32,865 bases of DNA from a bacterium (lineage in GTDB: Bacteria > Zhuqueibacterota > Zhuqueibacteria > Oceanimicrobiales > Oceanimicrobiaceae): assembly GCA_046757525.1 (NCBI GenBank), contig JBHHYI010000030.1:1-32865 (forward strand), written 5' to 3'. Below the pieces are notes generated by a model. The model had not been told where the DNA came from. It worked only from the letters and a program-made list of their open reading frames with translations, and ran no database searches. The position numbers and the translations under genes were made by a program. Shown piece by piece: positions 1 to 9,081 of the stretch. Positions within the stretch are counted from its first letter, which is position 1, and each line of letters opens with the position of its first letter.

Positions 1-57
1 TGAGAGGAATTTTGCTAACGCTGGCGGGACAAAGATGCGCGGTGGTGGGACATTTCG

Positions 58-98
58 ATGGCTGGATGGTTGGATGGCTAAATGGTTGGATGGTTTAC
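58..98. repeat. 8-bp tandem microrepeat (ATGGYTRR x5), left arm of an imperfect inverted repeat around the four-helix-bundle gene
   Basis: atggctgg atggttgg atggctaa atggttgg atggttta at 58-97. The reverse-complement counterpart lies at 510-534. Confidence 0.8.
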
Positions 99-475
99 AT
101 GGTGAGTTTCTGATTTGTCAGTTTTATGAGACCATTGATTTCTTTGGGGAGGAGAGATAATTGTTGATAAATATGCTCGTATTCTTCCTGCTTTAATAGA
201 TTGCGGACTTTGGATTTCTCATTCCAGTCGAATGACTCTTTTACGGACCCGTAGCTATATCTGTAAAACTTTATTTTATCTTTTTTGTGGTATCGGCCAA
301 ATCCCTCAGCGATACTGGCTGATACTGAATCCACTGCATTTACGAATTGCCTTCCAATGGTATTCTGTGCAAAATGATCCCATTCGATAACAATATCCCA
401 AACATAGTTCGATAAATGGAACGCCGTTTTATAGGCCTTGACATCATTCAAAGAAAGATACTTTTTCTCATCCAT
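95..475 (-). CDS. Four helix bundle protein (23S rRNA IVP / bAvd-like family)
   Basis: Motifs IGRQFVNAVDSVSASIAEGFGRYHKKDKIKFYRYSYGS and L..EINGLI are typical of the family. ATG at 475 (MDEKK) is preceded by a GAGGGGAAG RBS; 126 aa. Confidence 0.9.
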   Translation of the reverse strand: MDEKKYLSLNDVKAYKTAFHLSNYVWDIVIEWDHFAQNTIGRQFVNAVDSVSASIAEGFGRYHKKDKIKFYRYSYGSVKESFDWNEKSKVRNLLKQEEYEHIYQQLSLLPKEINGLIKLTNQKLTM

Positions 476-509
476 TTCTTCCCCTCTCAATTCACAAAAA
501 GGTTATGTG

Positions 510-534
510 TGTAAACCAACCATCCAACTATCCA
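510..534. repeat. Right arm of inverted microrepeat (tgtaaaccaaccatccaactatcca)
   Basis: Imperfect reverse complement of the tract at 58-98; overlaps the stop codon of the upstream sensor gene. Confidence 0.7.
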
Positions 535-3500
535 CTAAAATACTCCGAGGGCGCCACCCCAAACTGTTCGCGAAAAACTTTGGCAAAGTGGCCAATGCTG
601 TTAAACCCTACCTGGTAGGCGATCTCTGTAACCGTGCCGGACTGTTGCTGTAACAGGTACGCGGCACGTTTGAGTCGAATCGTGCGGATAAATTCCCGCA
701 CCGATTGGCCGGTCAGGGCACGCAATTTACGATTAAGCTGCCGACGTCCTATCGCGGACTCCCGCGCCAGGTCGTCCGTTTCGAAGTCCGGATCATCTAT
801 ATGCGCTTCTACCGCCGCCATGACCTTTTTGAGAAAGGCCTCATCCGTCGAAGTGACAGTGACCTCCGCAGGCTCGATAACCAGTTCCCGGCGAAAACGC
901 TCCCGCAGGCTGCGGCGCTGCTCGATCAGGTTCTTGATCCGGACTTGCAGTTCTTTTACCTCAAAGGGTTTGGTGAGGTAGTCATCCGCCCCGGTTTCGA
1001 GGCCTTCGACCTTGCTGTCTGCGGAAGCGCGGGCCGTCAGCAGAATCACCGGGATATGGCTGGTGCGTGCATCGGTTTTGACCTTCTCGCACAGTTCAAA
1101 TCCATCCATCTCCGGCATCATGACATCGCTGATGATCAGATCGGGAGCGTGCTTGTGCGCCTGTTTCACGCCTTGCGTTCCATCTTCTGTTTCAATAACC
1201 CGATAGCGCTCCTCCAGACACCCGCGCATGTAAGCGCGCATGTCCGGGTGGTCTTCGACGATAAGGACCATGGGGAACTGGGTATTTGTTGTTGGTTGTC
1301 CCGAATGGTAATGGTCGAGATCTCTGCTTCGGTGCGACTGCTCGCGGGTTGGCGGATGCTGGATGCCGGGTTCTGGAGATTGCTCATCGATTACTGAAAA
1401 CTGATCACTGGAAACTGTTTCTGCAATCTCCTCCGCCGTCAAATGCTCTTTTCCCAAGGGTAATTCTACGATAAAGGTGGTACCTTTACCCACCTCGCTT
1501 TCCACAGCAATCTTGCCGTGGTGCAGCCCCACCAATTCCTTTGTCAACGCCAACCCAATGCCTGTCCCACCCTGGGTTGCGCTATTATCGGCCTGGTGGA
1601 AGTGGTCGAAGACTTTATCGAGTTGATCTTGCGGGATACCAACACCGGTGTCTTTTACAGTAATCAGTAAACAGCGATCAGTAGTCAGAGTAGTCAGTTG
1701 GCTTTCCACCAACTCATTACTGGACACCGATAACTGAACACTGATTCTTCCGCCTTTAGGCGTAAACTTGAACGCATTGGAAAGCAAGTTCGACACAATC
1801 TTCTCCAGCTTGTCCCGCTCCACGTATGCGACAATATCCTCCTCTGGCGCCTGGAACTGCAGATCAATCCCTTTCTGCTTTGCCACCGATTCAAAGGTCA
1901 TGGTAATCATGCGGATCAGCTCCCCAATCTTCTCGGGTCTGGCCTGCAGGCGCATCTTTCCCGCTTCCAGTTTTGACAGGTCGAGAAGTTGATCGATCAA
2001 TTGCTGCAGGCGGCGGGCATTGCGCTGTACCATGCGTAAATCCGCTTTCATCTCCGACTGCTGCATTTCGCTGAGCCATTTTTGTATCGGGCCGAGAATG
2101 AGTGTCAGCGGGGTGCGAAATTCATGGGAAATGCTGGCGAAGAAGCGGGATTTCAGACGGTCGACTTCCTGCAGCTTTTCGGCTTCCACATTTTTAATTC
2201 TCAACGCACTACGTAACTGTAATCGCCTCAATTCATAATGCCGCAAGCCATACAAAGCCGCCGTAAAAAGCAGCACGTACAATCCGTAGGCCCAACGCGT
2301 GCGCCACCAGGGCGGGACAATCGTGATTCTTAGCGAGGCGCCGTCTTCATTCCAGACGCCGTCGTTGTTGGAGCCTTTCACACGCAAGGTGTACTCGCCA
2401 GGATCGATATTGGTAAACGTGACCTCGTGTTTGCTGCCAAGCTGAATCCAGCCCTCGTTGAAACCTTCCAGCTTGTAGGCATATTGATTCTTGTGGGCGT
2501 TGCGGAAATTCAGGGCCGCAAATTCAATGGTGAGAATGCGATCGTCGTAAGAGAGGTCGAGATGGTGCTTTTCGGAAATGCCTTTCTCGATAATGGGTTT
2601 TCCTTCGGCATCGCCGCTGTTGTAGCGCGTAAAGCGGGTGATCACTACCGGCGGGATGTGCGGATTATCCCTGACACTGTCCGGATGAAAATAATCGATA
2701 CCATTGTCGCCGCCAAAAAACAACTCACCGCTTCTACTTTTAATACAGGCGTTCCAGTTAAACCAATTGTTCTTCAGTCCGTCATCGACATCGAAATTTC
2801 TGAAAGTCTCACTCTGCGGATCAAAGTGCGACAATCCGTTAAGCGTGCCCAGCCATAAACGACCGTGCTCATCTTCCGCTATGCTACAAATATGGTTAGT
2901 GGGCAGGCCATTTTTTTCCGTATACAGGGTAAACAATTTGGTGTCATTGTCAAGCTTGTTGAGTCCGCCGTACCATGTTGCGCTCCAGAGTGTACCGGCG
3001 CGGTCCTCAAAGACCACACCGACCCAATCATGACTCAAACTGCGCGGGTTATCTCGATCGTGGACAAAACGGATGAATTGTTTGCGCTCGCGATCATACT
3101 GATTAATACCACCGCCGCCCGTCCCAAGCCACAGTATGCCAGCGCGGCCTTCATGGATTGAGGTGACAACGTTGTTACCCAGGCTTCGTGAGTTGACCGG
3201 GTCGTGGATGAAATGGGTAAAGCTCTCTTGCTCGCGGTCAAAACGGTTGAGGCCCCCGGGTTCGGTTCCTATCCACAGTGTGCCAGTACGGTCCTCAAGG
3301 ATTGACCAAATATTATTGGCACTCAGACTGTGGGGATTCTTGGAGTCGTGGACAAAACGCATAAATTGCCCGGTGTCACGATCAAACCGGTTGAGGCCGC
3401 CGCTGGTCCCCACCCATAGTGCGCCCGTACGGTCTTCATGGATCGATGTGACATTATTGTGACTAAGACTATGAGTATTCTTCGGGTCGTGAACAAAATG

Positions 3501-4793
3501 GCGAAACTGCCCAGTATCGCGATCGAGCTTATTGAGTCCGCCCGCTGTTCCAACCCAGAGTGTGCCGGAGCGGTCTTCATGGATTGCCCCAACACTTTTA
3601 TGGCTCAGGCTGTGTGGGTTCCCAGGGTCGTGGGCAAAATGGGCAAAGCGTTGCTGCCCGTGATCGAGCCGGTTTACACCGTCGCTTGTCCCAATCCAGA
3701 GTGTGCCGCTGCGGTCTTCAAGGATTGACCAGATACTATTGGAACTCAAACTGTGTGGGTTCGTTGGATCATGGAAAAGACGGATAAACTGCCCTGTGTT
3801 CGGATCAAGTATATTGAGTCCGCTACCAGTCCCAATCCAGAGTGTGCCGGTGCGGTCTTCATGGATTGACAAGACACGATTATTACTCAAACTACGCGGG
3901 TTCTTAGGGTCGTGGACAAATTGGATAAACTGCTCATGCTCGCGGTCAAACCGGTTGAGACCTTTAGCCGTCCCAATCCAGAGCGTGCCAGAGCGGTCTT
4001 CGTGGATTGACCAGGTAGTATTGGAACTCAAACTGTGTGGGTTCCCAGAGTCGTGGACAAAACGGGTAAGATGTCCTGTCTCACGATCAAGCTTGTTAAG
4101 TCCGCCGCCGGTCGTCGGCACCCAGAACGTGCCGAACCGGTCTTCCATGATTGCCAAAACACCATCGTTACTGGGGCCTCCGGGATTCTTTGTCTCTGGG
4201 TCGTAGAGAAAACGGGTGAACTGCCCTGTGTTGCGATCAAGCTTGTTAAGACCGTTCCAGGTCCCTACCCAGAGCGTGTTCGGCGAAGCGGAATCTTCAT
4301 AGATGGACCGGACGACATTGGAATTCAAACTGTGTGTATCATTGGGGTTTCGAACAAAACGCGTAAACTCCTCCTTCTCACGGTCAAAGCGGTTGAGCCC
4401 ACCGCCGGCCGTCCCAATCCAGAGCGTACCACTGCGGTCTTCATAAAGTGAAAAAATAAGGTTATTCCCCAAGGAGGTGGAATCCAGTCTATCGCGTTTA
4501 AATGGGGTCAGGCCGTAGCCATCATACTTATACAGTCCGTCCCCCGTGCCAAACCACATAAAACCCTGAGAATCTTGCAGGAGAGACAAGATATCGCCCA
4601 GCCGTACTCCCTGCACCACCTGGATCCGTTCAAATTTGAGGTTGTCCTTTTGCGCGAGCAGGTGAAAAGGAACGCTCAGCAGGAATAGGAGCATCACGCT
4701 CGCAAATCTCAAACATGTATTTTCAACCGATTGTGAAAATGTGACACGTAGCCTGGTGTCCTCAACATGGTGGAGTGCTGCTTGATCGGTCAA
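528..4793 (-). CDS. Hybrid two-component sensor kinase/response regulator (propeller repeats, Y_Y_Y, HisKA, HATPase, REC, AraC HTH)
   Basis: About 14 EDRxGTLWIGT propeller repeats; YAYKLEGF/PGEYTLRVKGSNNDGVW (Y_Y_Y); PPWWRTRWAY TM; SHEFRTPLT; NLLSNAFKFT; GGTGIGL; LIISDVMMP; AraC tail IAYQVGFNS..HFAKVFREQFGVAPSEY. The start is uncertain: TTG at 4793 or the ATG of MLLFLL near 4694. Confidence 0.96.
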   Translation of the reverse strand: MTDQAALHHVEDTRLRVTFSQSVENTCLRFASVMLLFLLSVPFHLLAQKDNLKFERIQVVQGVRLGDILSLLQDSQGFMWFGTGDGLYKYDGYGLTPFKRDRLDSTSLGNNLIFSLYEDRSGTLWIGTAGGGLNRFDREKEEFTRFVRNPNDTHSLNSNVVRSIYEDSASPNTLWVGTWNGLNKLDRNTGQFTRFLYDPETKNPGGPSNDGVLAIMEDRFGTFWVPTTGGGLNKLDRETGHLTRFVHDSGNPHSLSSNTTWSIHEDRSGTLWIGTAKGLNRFDREHEQFIQFVHDPKNPRSLSNNRVLSIHEDRTGTLWIGTGSGLNILDPNTGQFIRLFHDPTNPHSLSSNSIWSILEDRSGTLWIGTSDGVNRLDHGQQRFAHFAHDPGNPHSLSHKSVGAIHEDRSGTLWVGTAGGLNKLDRDTGQFRHFVHDPKNTHSLSHNNVTSIHEDRTGALWVGTSGGLNRFDRDTGQFMRFVHDSKNPHSLSANNIWSILEDRTGTLWIGTEPGGLNRFDREQESFTHFIHDPVNSRSLGNNVVTSIHEGRAGILWLGTGGGGINQYDRERKQFIRFVHDRDNPRSLSHDWVGVVFEDRAGTLWSATWYGGLNKLDNDTKLFTLYTEKNGLPTNHICSIAEDEHGRLWLGTLNGLSHFDPQSETFRNFDVDDGLKNNWFNWNACIKSRSGELFFGGDNGIDYFHPDSVRDNPHIPPVVITRFTRYNSGDAEGKPIIEKGISEKHHLDLSYDDRILTIEFAALNFRNAHKNQYAYKLEGFNEGWIQLGSKHEVTFTNIDPGEYTLRVKGSNNDGVWNEDGASLRITIVPPWWRTRWAYGLYVLLFTAALYGLRHYELRRLQLRSALRIKNVEAEKLQEVDRLKSRFFASISHEFRTPLTLILGPIQKWLSEMQQSEMKADLRMVQRNARRLQQLIDQLLDLSKLEAGKMRLQARPEKIGELIRMITMTFESVAKQKGIDLQFQAPEEDIVAYVERDKLEKIVSNLLSNAFKFTPKGGRISVQLSVSSNELVESQLTTLTTDRCLLITVKDTGVGIPQDQLDKVFDHFHQADNSATQGGTGIGLALTKELVGLHHGKIAVESEVGKGTTFIVELPLGKEHLTAEEIAETVSSDQFSVIDEQSPEPGIQHPPTREQSHRSRDLDHYHSGQPTTNTQFPMVLIVEDHPDMRAYMRGCLEERYRVIETEDGTQGVKQAHKHAPDLIISDVMMPEMDGFELCEKVKTDARTSHIPVILLTARASADSKVEGLETGADDYLTKPFEVKELQVRIKNLIEQRRSLRERFRRELVIEPAEVTVTSTDEAFLKKVMAAVEAHIDDPDFETDDLARESAIGRRQLNRKLRALTGQSVREFIRTIRLKRAAYLLQQQSGTVTEIAYQVGFNSIGHFAKVFREQFGVAPSEYFSG

Positions 4794-5240
4794 TTTATTG
4801 TCCTTGCTTTACAAACATGGCGGCCTGGAACAACCGCGAAGGTGGTTTCATATTGGTTGGCTTCCGTTTACTCAAGTGATGTCGCATCAAAACAGCGTTC
4901 TGGCAGCGCAATCGAAAGGGCTGAATTGCGGCTAAAAGGCCATGGCCCATGAGCCGATTTGGCTGGGCCACTGACGGGCCACATCGTTGGAGGGCACCAC
5001 CATGGCTGCTGGCCTGACAGTACCCATGTATCGCAATGTGCGAAAACGTGCGGTCTTTTGCAAGGGAATAATGCGCTCTGAAGTCTGACATGAGCCAGCA
5101 TTCCCCCATGAAACGTTCTCATGTCCGCCAGCTCATCCACAGACCACGCCCGCCACCGCCTGGCCCAATGACCCGCAACAACTCCCTCCCCAAATCCTCT
5201 TTTTGACTGCAAAAAACTCTGGTTGAAGGTCCGAACTGAA

Positions 5241-5311
5241 AGTCCGGCTGCTGACGGATACGGTGCTGCAGCGGGGCTCCATTCAATCCGTTCAGGAGCC
5301 GGAGCCTGACG
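5241..5311. repeat. Short palindromic motif GTCCGGCT(C/G)CTGACGGA, present in both orientations
   Basis: agtccggctgctgacggatac at 5241 and inverted tccgttcaggagccgga at 5287. The same motif forms the tandem at 32811-32857. Confidence 0.5.
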
Positions 5312-5671
5312 GCCCCATCGTTGCCTCGAATCGAGTCCGGGACAGGCAGACGGACGCGGTTTCTTGGGTCCGCTGCTAATTCTTAAGTCGTTGTAGATTT
5401 TCCGACTAAATCTTATTTGTGCACCAACCTTAAGCTTGGTTATGTTTATTTCAAAATATTCGAATATTGATCTCGAATTTTACCTTTATATTAAGACAAC
5501 ATTTTAAAGCTTTTCCTCTCAAAAAAAGTACTGCTTCATTCAGATTCGTTCGGCCCCGCAGAAGAATGCGGGGAAAATACGAACCTGAGAATCGTTCTTC
5601 GGCTTTATCCTGTTTGACGAATTTATACTCAATGGACGTGACGATTTGTTCTCTGCGTTTGTCACAATTGA

Positions 5672-5830
5672 AGATTCGGTGGCCGTGAAGATTTGCTGCG
5701 GTGCAAAGAGCTCGGGCGTTTCCCGATAATGACGTCGAATCTGATCGATGCCGAGGGCGATAGCCTCATCCTTGTTGGCGTTCTTGCATTCGATCACCAG
5801 CACCGGGATGCCGTTGATCAGAAAGACCAC
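5672..5830 (-). pseudogene. hsdR: Fragment of type I restriction endonuclease subunit R (HsdR N-terminal nuclease region)
   Basis: VVFLINGIPVLVIECKNANKDEAIALGIDQIRR.YRETPELF..QQIFTATE matches the HsdR NG(I/L)P..IExK / QxxxY region. Only about 53 codons are recognisable, with no proper start or helicase domain. Confidence 0.75.
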
Positions 5831-5903
5831 GCAAAGCCCGCGCAGTGCTTCTTTTGAAAACTGTCAAGAACCACTACGGGCCAGCCCCGTAGCACTCTCT
5901 TAA

Positions 5904-6941
5904 TCAGAGAGAGGCCAAATCGCACAGTTGCTGCACTTGACTTTCGTTACCCATGACAATCAACCTGTCCCCGGAACGCAAGACGCTGTCCGCCGACGGA
6001 TTGACTTTAATGGTCGCACCTGGCCTTTGCAAAGCGATGATGAGAGCGCCGGTTCGTTCACGAATGCTCAGCTCGCGAATGGATTTCCCCGCAAACGGAC
6101 TCTCTGCTTTCACGTCGATCTCTTCCAGGCGCAAGGCAAGGTCTTCGTCGTGCATGATGATATCCAGGAAGTTGACCACTTTCGGTCTCAGAATAACTGA
6201 AGCCATGCGTCTACCGCCGATTTCACGGGATGAAATGACCTTGTTCGCACCAGCGCGGTAGAGTTTTGCCACAGAAGTTTCGTAAGCGGAACGGGTTACG
6301 ATGGTCAGATGCGGATTCAGCCCCCTGGCGGTCAAAGTAATGAAGACATTGTCGGAATCGTCGTGTACCGAGGCAATCAAACCCCTGGCTACCGCCACCC
6401 CGGCGTTTAGCATCACTTCATCTTGCGTTGCGTCACCTTGCAAGACAAGCTTGCCTTCCTCGCGCAGCCTTTCGGCCACTTCTGCATCCTTTTCTATGAT
6501 CAGAAACGGAACGTTTCTTCTTTCAAGTTCCTCCCCGGCGTGACGCCCCTCATGTCCATACCCGCAAATAATAATGTGGTCGTGGAGTTGTTTGATAATC
6601 TTATCCATTTTGTGGGTCCGATAAATGTGTTTTAACTCACCCTCGAGTAAAAAAACCGCAAGATTTCCAAAACCATAACCAACGGTACCAATGCCAACGA
6701 CGATCAGGCACATGGTGAACACTCGCCCAGCTTCCGACAGCCGTTCAATTTCCCCAAAACCCACGGTTGAAAGGGTGATGATGGTCATATAAAAAGAGTC
6801 CAAAGTCGACCATCCCTCGATGACCATGTACCCGGAGACTCCCAGCAAAATGATCAAGAGCAAGACACCAAAAGAAATCCAGATTCTCTTGAATGGCGTT
6901 ACCTGCCTGGACCACCAGGAAAAACCATAAGGATTTGGCAT
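5904..6941 (-). CDS. Potassium channel protein (2TM pore plus TrkA-N/TrkA-C RCK domains)
   Basis: Selectivity filter TLSTVGFGE between two TM helices; Rossmann motif HIIICGYGHEG; C-terminal GKSIRELSIR...GDRLIVMG. Confidence 0.95.
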   Translation of the reverse strand: MPNPYGFSWWSRQVTPFKRIWISFGVLLLIILLGVSGYMVIEGWSTLDSFYMTIITLSTVGFGEIERLSEAGRVFTMCLIVVGIGTVGYGFGNLAVFLLEGELKHIYRTHKMDKIIKQLHDHIIICGYGHEGRHAGEELERRNVPFLIIEKDAEVAERLREEGKLVLQGDATQDEVMLNAGVAVARGLIASVHDDSDNVFITLTARGLNPHLTIVTRSAYETSVAKLYRAGANKVISSREIGGRRMASVILRPKVVNFLDIIMHDEDLALRLEEIDVKAESPFAGKSIRELSIRERTGALIIALQRPGATIKVNPSADSVLRSGDRLIVMGNESQVQQLCDLASL

Positions 6942-7016
6942 CGTCCCTGCGTTGGATTAGGAATTAATCGGGCACCGCTGTTGCCGAAATATGAGGCATT
7001 CCGAATCCTGCAAGAG

Positions 7017-7218
7017 CCCATAGGCGTCAACCTAAGCTGCAGCTCTCGTGCCCAAACTCCTGTTTGGGCACGCACTTGCTCGAGAAGGTCTGCTTCGAGG
7101 AGTCCGAGCTGCCTATCGAACCGAAGCTTCTCTGCCAAATTGCGTTCCAAAATAAAATTTTGGAACGAGACAGGTCGCGATTACAGCTCTGCAAACCTCT
7201 TAAGTTGACTCCCATGGG
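7017..7218. mobile_element. MITE-like element with 20-bp terminal inverted repeats enclosing REP-like palindromes
   Basis: Left end CCCATAGGCGTCAACCTAAG (7017-7036), right end CTTAAGTTGACTCCCATGGG (7199-7218). Internal hairpins CGTGCCCAAAC..GTTTGGGCACG and CGTTCCAAAAT..ATTTTGGAACG. Confidence 0.7.
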
Positions 7219-7270
7219 CAAGGCCGGATGAGGAATTCGAAGGTGCACCGAAAATAGAAATCAACAATTC

Positions 7271-7299
7271 AATATAAACATAATCCGCCTCGTTTTCAA
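7271..7299 (-). promoter_or_regulatory. Putative sigma-70 promoter for the K+ channel gene
   Basis: Minus strand TTGAAA-N17-TATATT. Confidence 0.5.
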
Positions 7300-7407
7300 T
7301 AATAAAGACGTCCCACCGAGTTGTTTTTTATCTTGCAAAATCAAGTTGCCATCCTTATGAGTCGATAAATTCTAAAAACATTCAATAAGTCAAGCTGGAG
7401 TTAAGCA

Positions 7408-8520
7408 ATGAAGATTTCCACGACCTTTACGTTTTTTGTTTTCTTGCTTGGAATAGACTCAGGATGGGTTGGAGCCACCTACGCCAGGAGTCTTGAAGCT
7501 GATCGCCAGGATTATGCAACGGGCCCGCGCCCTTCGGCAATTTCCGTGGGCGATCTAAATAACGACGGTTTCCCGGACATCGTTGTGATTTGTGAAAAAG
7601 ACAACTCTCTAAGAATCTACTTCAACCTGGGGGGCCACCATTTCGGTGAAGAATTGATTTACAAAACGGGAGAAGGTCCCGCCGGGCTGGTCGTGGAAGA
7701 TTTTAATCGGGATTCATATTTGGACATCGCCACCGTTTTCCACGACGAAAACCGGGTGGCGGTCTATTTGAATCGCAGTGGCACCACCTTCGCAGAGCCC
7801 AAAACCTATTCTACCGGCAACTGGCCTATCGCCCTCACCTCCGCTGATTTCAATGGAGACGCTAATCCGGATCTCGCTGTGGCAAATAGTCTAAATGACA
7901 ACGTTTCCGTTTTGAGCGGCACCGGGGATGGTCGCTTTAGCGTCATGGTGAATTACGACGTCGGTTGGCAACCGGTTTGTATTCTCTCCACCGATATCGA
8001 CACCGACGGCGACGTGGATATTCTGACAGCCAACCAGGGTGACAGCTCTTTTACCGTGCTGAGCAACTCTGGGGACGGCCTGTTCTCCTGGCCGCGGACC
8101 CGCAAAATCGGAACCAGCCCCTATTGGATTCAGGGGGGCGATTTTACCGGCGATGGATTGACCGACATCGTATTGGCGACCTTTGAATCGAACCGGCTGT
8201 ACTTATTTCCCAATGTGGGTGAACAACAATTCGGCGAACGTCAAATAATCCCCTTAGACGCAAGACCGTGGTCTTTTGTGGCAGTAGATTTGGACTTAGA
8301 CGGCGACCTCGATTTGGCGACCTGCAACGGCGCCAACTCAGAAGTCACCCTGTTTACCAACGATGGCACCGGACAGATGCAACTGGCCGGAAGGTTCCAA
8401 ACCAGCAGTTTTGCCAACGCACTGGCCATAAGCGACCTGGACATGAACAAGACTCCGGAAATCATCGTGTCCAACAAATTCAGCAGCAACTTCTCAGTTT
8501 TCAATTTAAGGATCTTCTGA
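7408..8520 (+). CDS. Secreted FG-GAP/VCBS repeat beta-propeller protein
   Basis: Signal-like N-terminus, GGAG RBS, and seven DxNxDGxxD-type repeats (DLNNDGFPDI, DFNRDSYLDI, DFNGDANPDL, DIDTDGDVDI, DFTGDGLTDI, DLDLDGDLDL, DLDMNKTPEI). Confidence 0.9.
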   Translation: MKISTTFTFFVFLLGIDSGWVGATYARSLEADRQDYATGPRPSAISVGDLNNDGFPDIVVICEKDNSLRIYFNLGGHHFGEELIYKTGEGPAGLVVEDFNRDSYLDIATVFHDENRVAVYLNRSGTTFAEPKTYSTGNWPIALTSADFNGDANPDLAVANSLNDNVSVLSGTGDGRFSVMVNYDVGWQPVCILSTDIDTDGDVDILTANQGDSSFTVLSNSGDGLFSWPRTRKIGTSPYWIQGGDFTGDGLTDIVLATFESNRLYLFPNVGEQQFGERQIIPLDARPWSFVAVDLDLDGDLDLATCNGANSEVTLFTNDGTGQMQLAGRFQTSSFANALAISDLDMNKTPEIIVSNKFSSNFSVFNLRIF

Positions 8521-8641
8521 AAATTAGTTGCAAGGCGCTTCATCGACTCTGAGCGTCAGATATTGCCAATGAAGCTTGCGGAGTTAGTTACATGGCCATT
8601 GATTCAAACCAACGGCAATGGGCTACCGCGAGTACAAAAGT

Positions 8642-8764
8642 AGTCGTTCTGAGTAGTCCCGACCGCCTTAGGGTCGGGACGTATCAAAGCCCGTCACCAC
8701 GCGATACGGTCACTTGAGAAACAGTGACCTACTCGGGATGACTCGTAAATTGCTGTCCGGAAAC
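8642..8764. repeat. Palindromic repeat unit, copy 1
   Basis: Terminal inverted repeat GTCGTTCTGAGTAG...CTACTCGGGATGAC with nested hairpin GTCCCGACC..GGTCGGGAC. A direct repeat lies 440 bp downstream. Confidence 0.85.
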
Positions 8765-8888
8765 GCCTGGCATGACGTCGCCGGCATTCAAAGCAACAAG
8801 GTCTTGTCGTGACACCTTTTTATCAAACGGTAACCTTCTCAAAGAAGGTCACCGTTTGACCGGTTTCTAAGCAATGCTCCTCCGGAGT

Positions 8889-9060
8889 GGAGCTGTCCAA
8901 AAAGTCCCAACCCCCCTCGTCATTTCGATCCGGCAGTTGCCGGAGAGAAATCTTACGACCCCCGAACGTTCTCAATTCCCTGTTATTTTTGGGAAAGCAA
9001 CAACATCGGTGGCACCATCAGATTCCTCATCCGGCAGCCGCCGGATTCGGAATGACGGTT
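8889..9060. repeat. REP-like paired palindromes with a GGxGCTGTCCAAAAA end
   Basis: CGTCATTTCGA-TCCGGCAGTTGCCGGA-GAGAAATCT ... AGATTCCTCA-TCCGGCAGCCGCCGGA-TTCGGAATGACG. The left end matches the element at 14838. Confidence 0.7.
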
Positions 9061-9081
9061 GTCGTCAGAGACAACCATGGA

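Noticed and set aside
95..475. DGR or 23S rRNA intervening sequence implied by the Avd/IVP-like gene
   Set aside because: No reverse transcriptase, TR/VR pair or rRNA sequence in the window.
4795..5212. Two overlapping minus-strand ORFs (104 and 114 aa) upstream of the sensor
   Set aside because: No recognisable motifs or convincing RBS, so they cannot be supported as genes.
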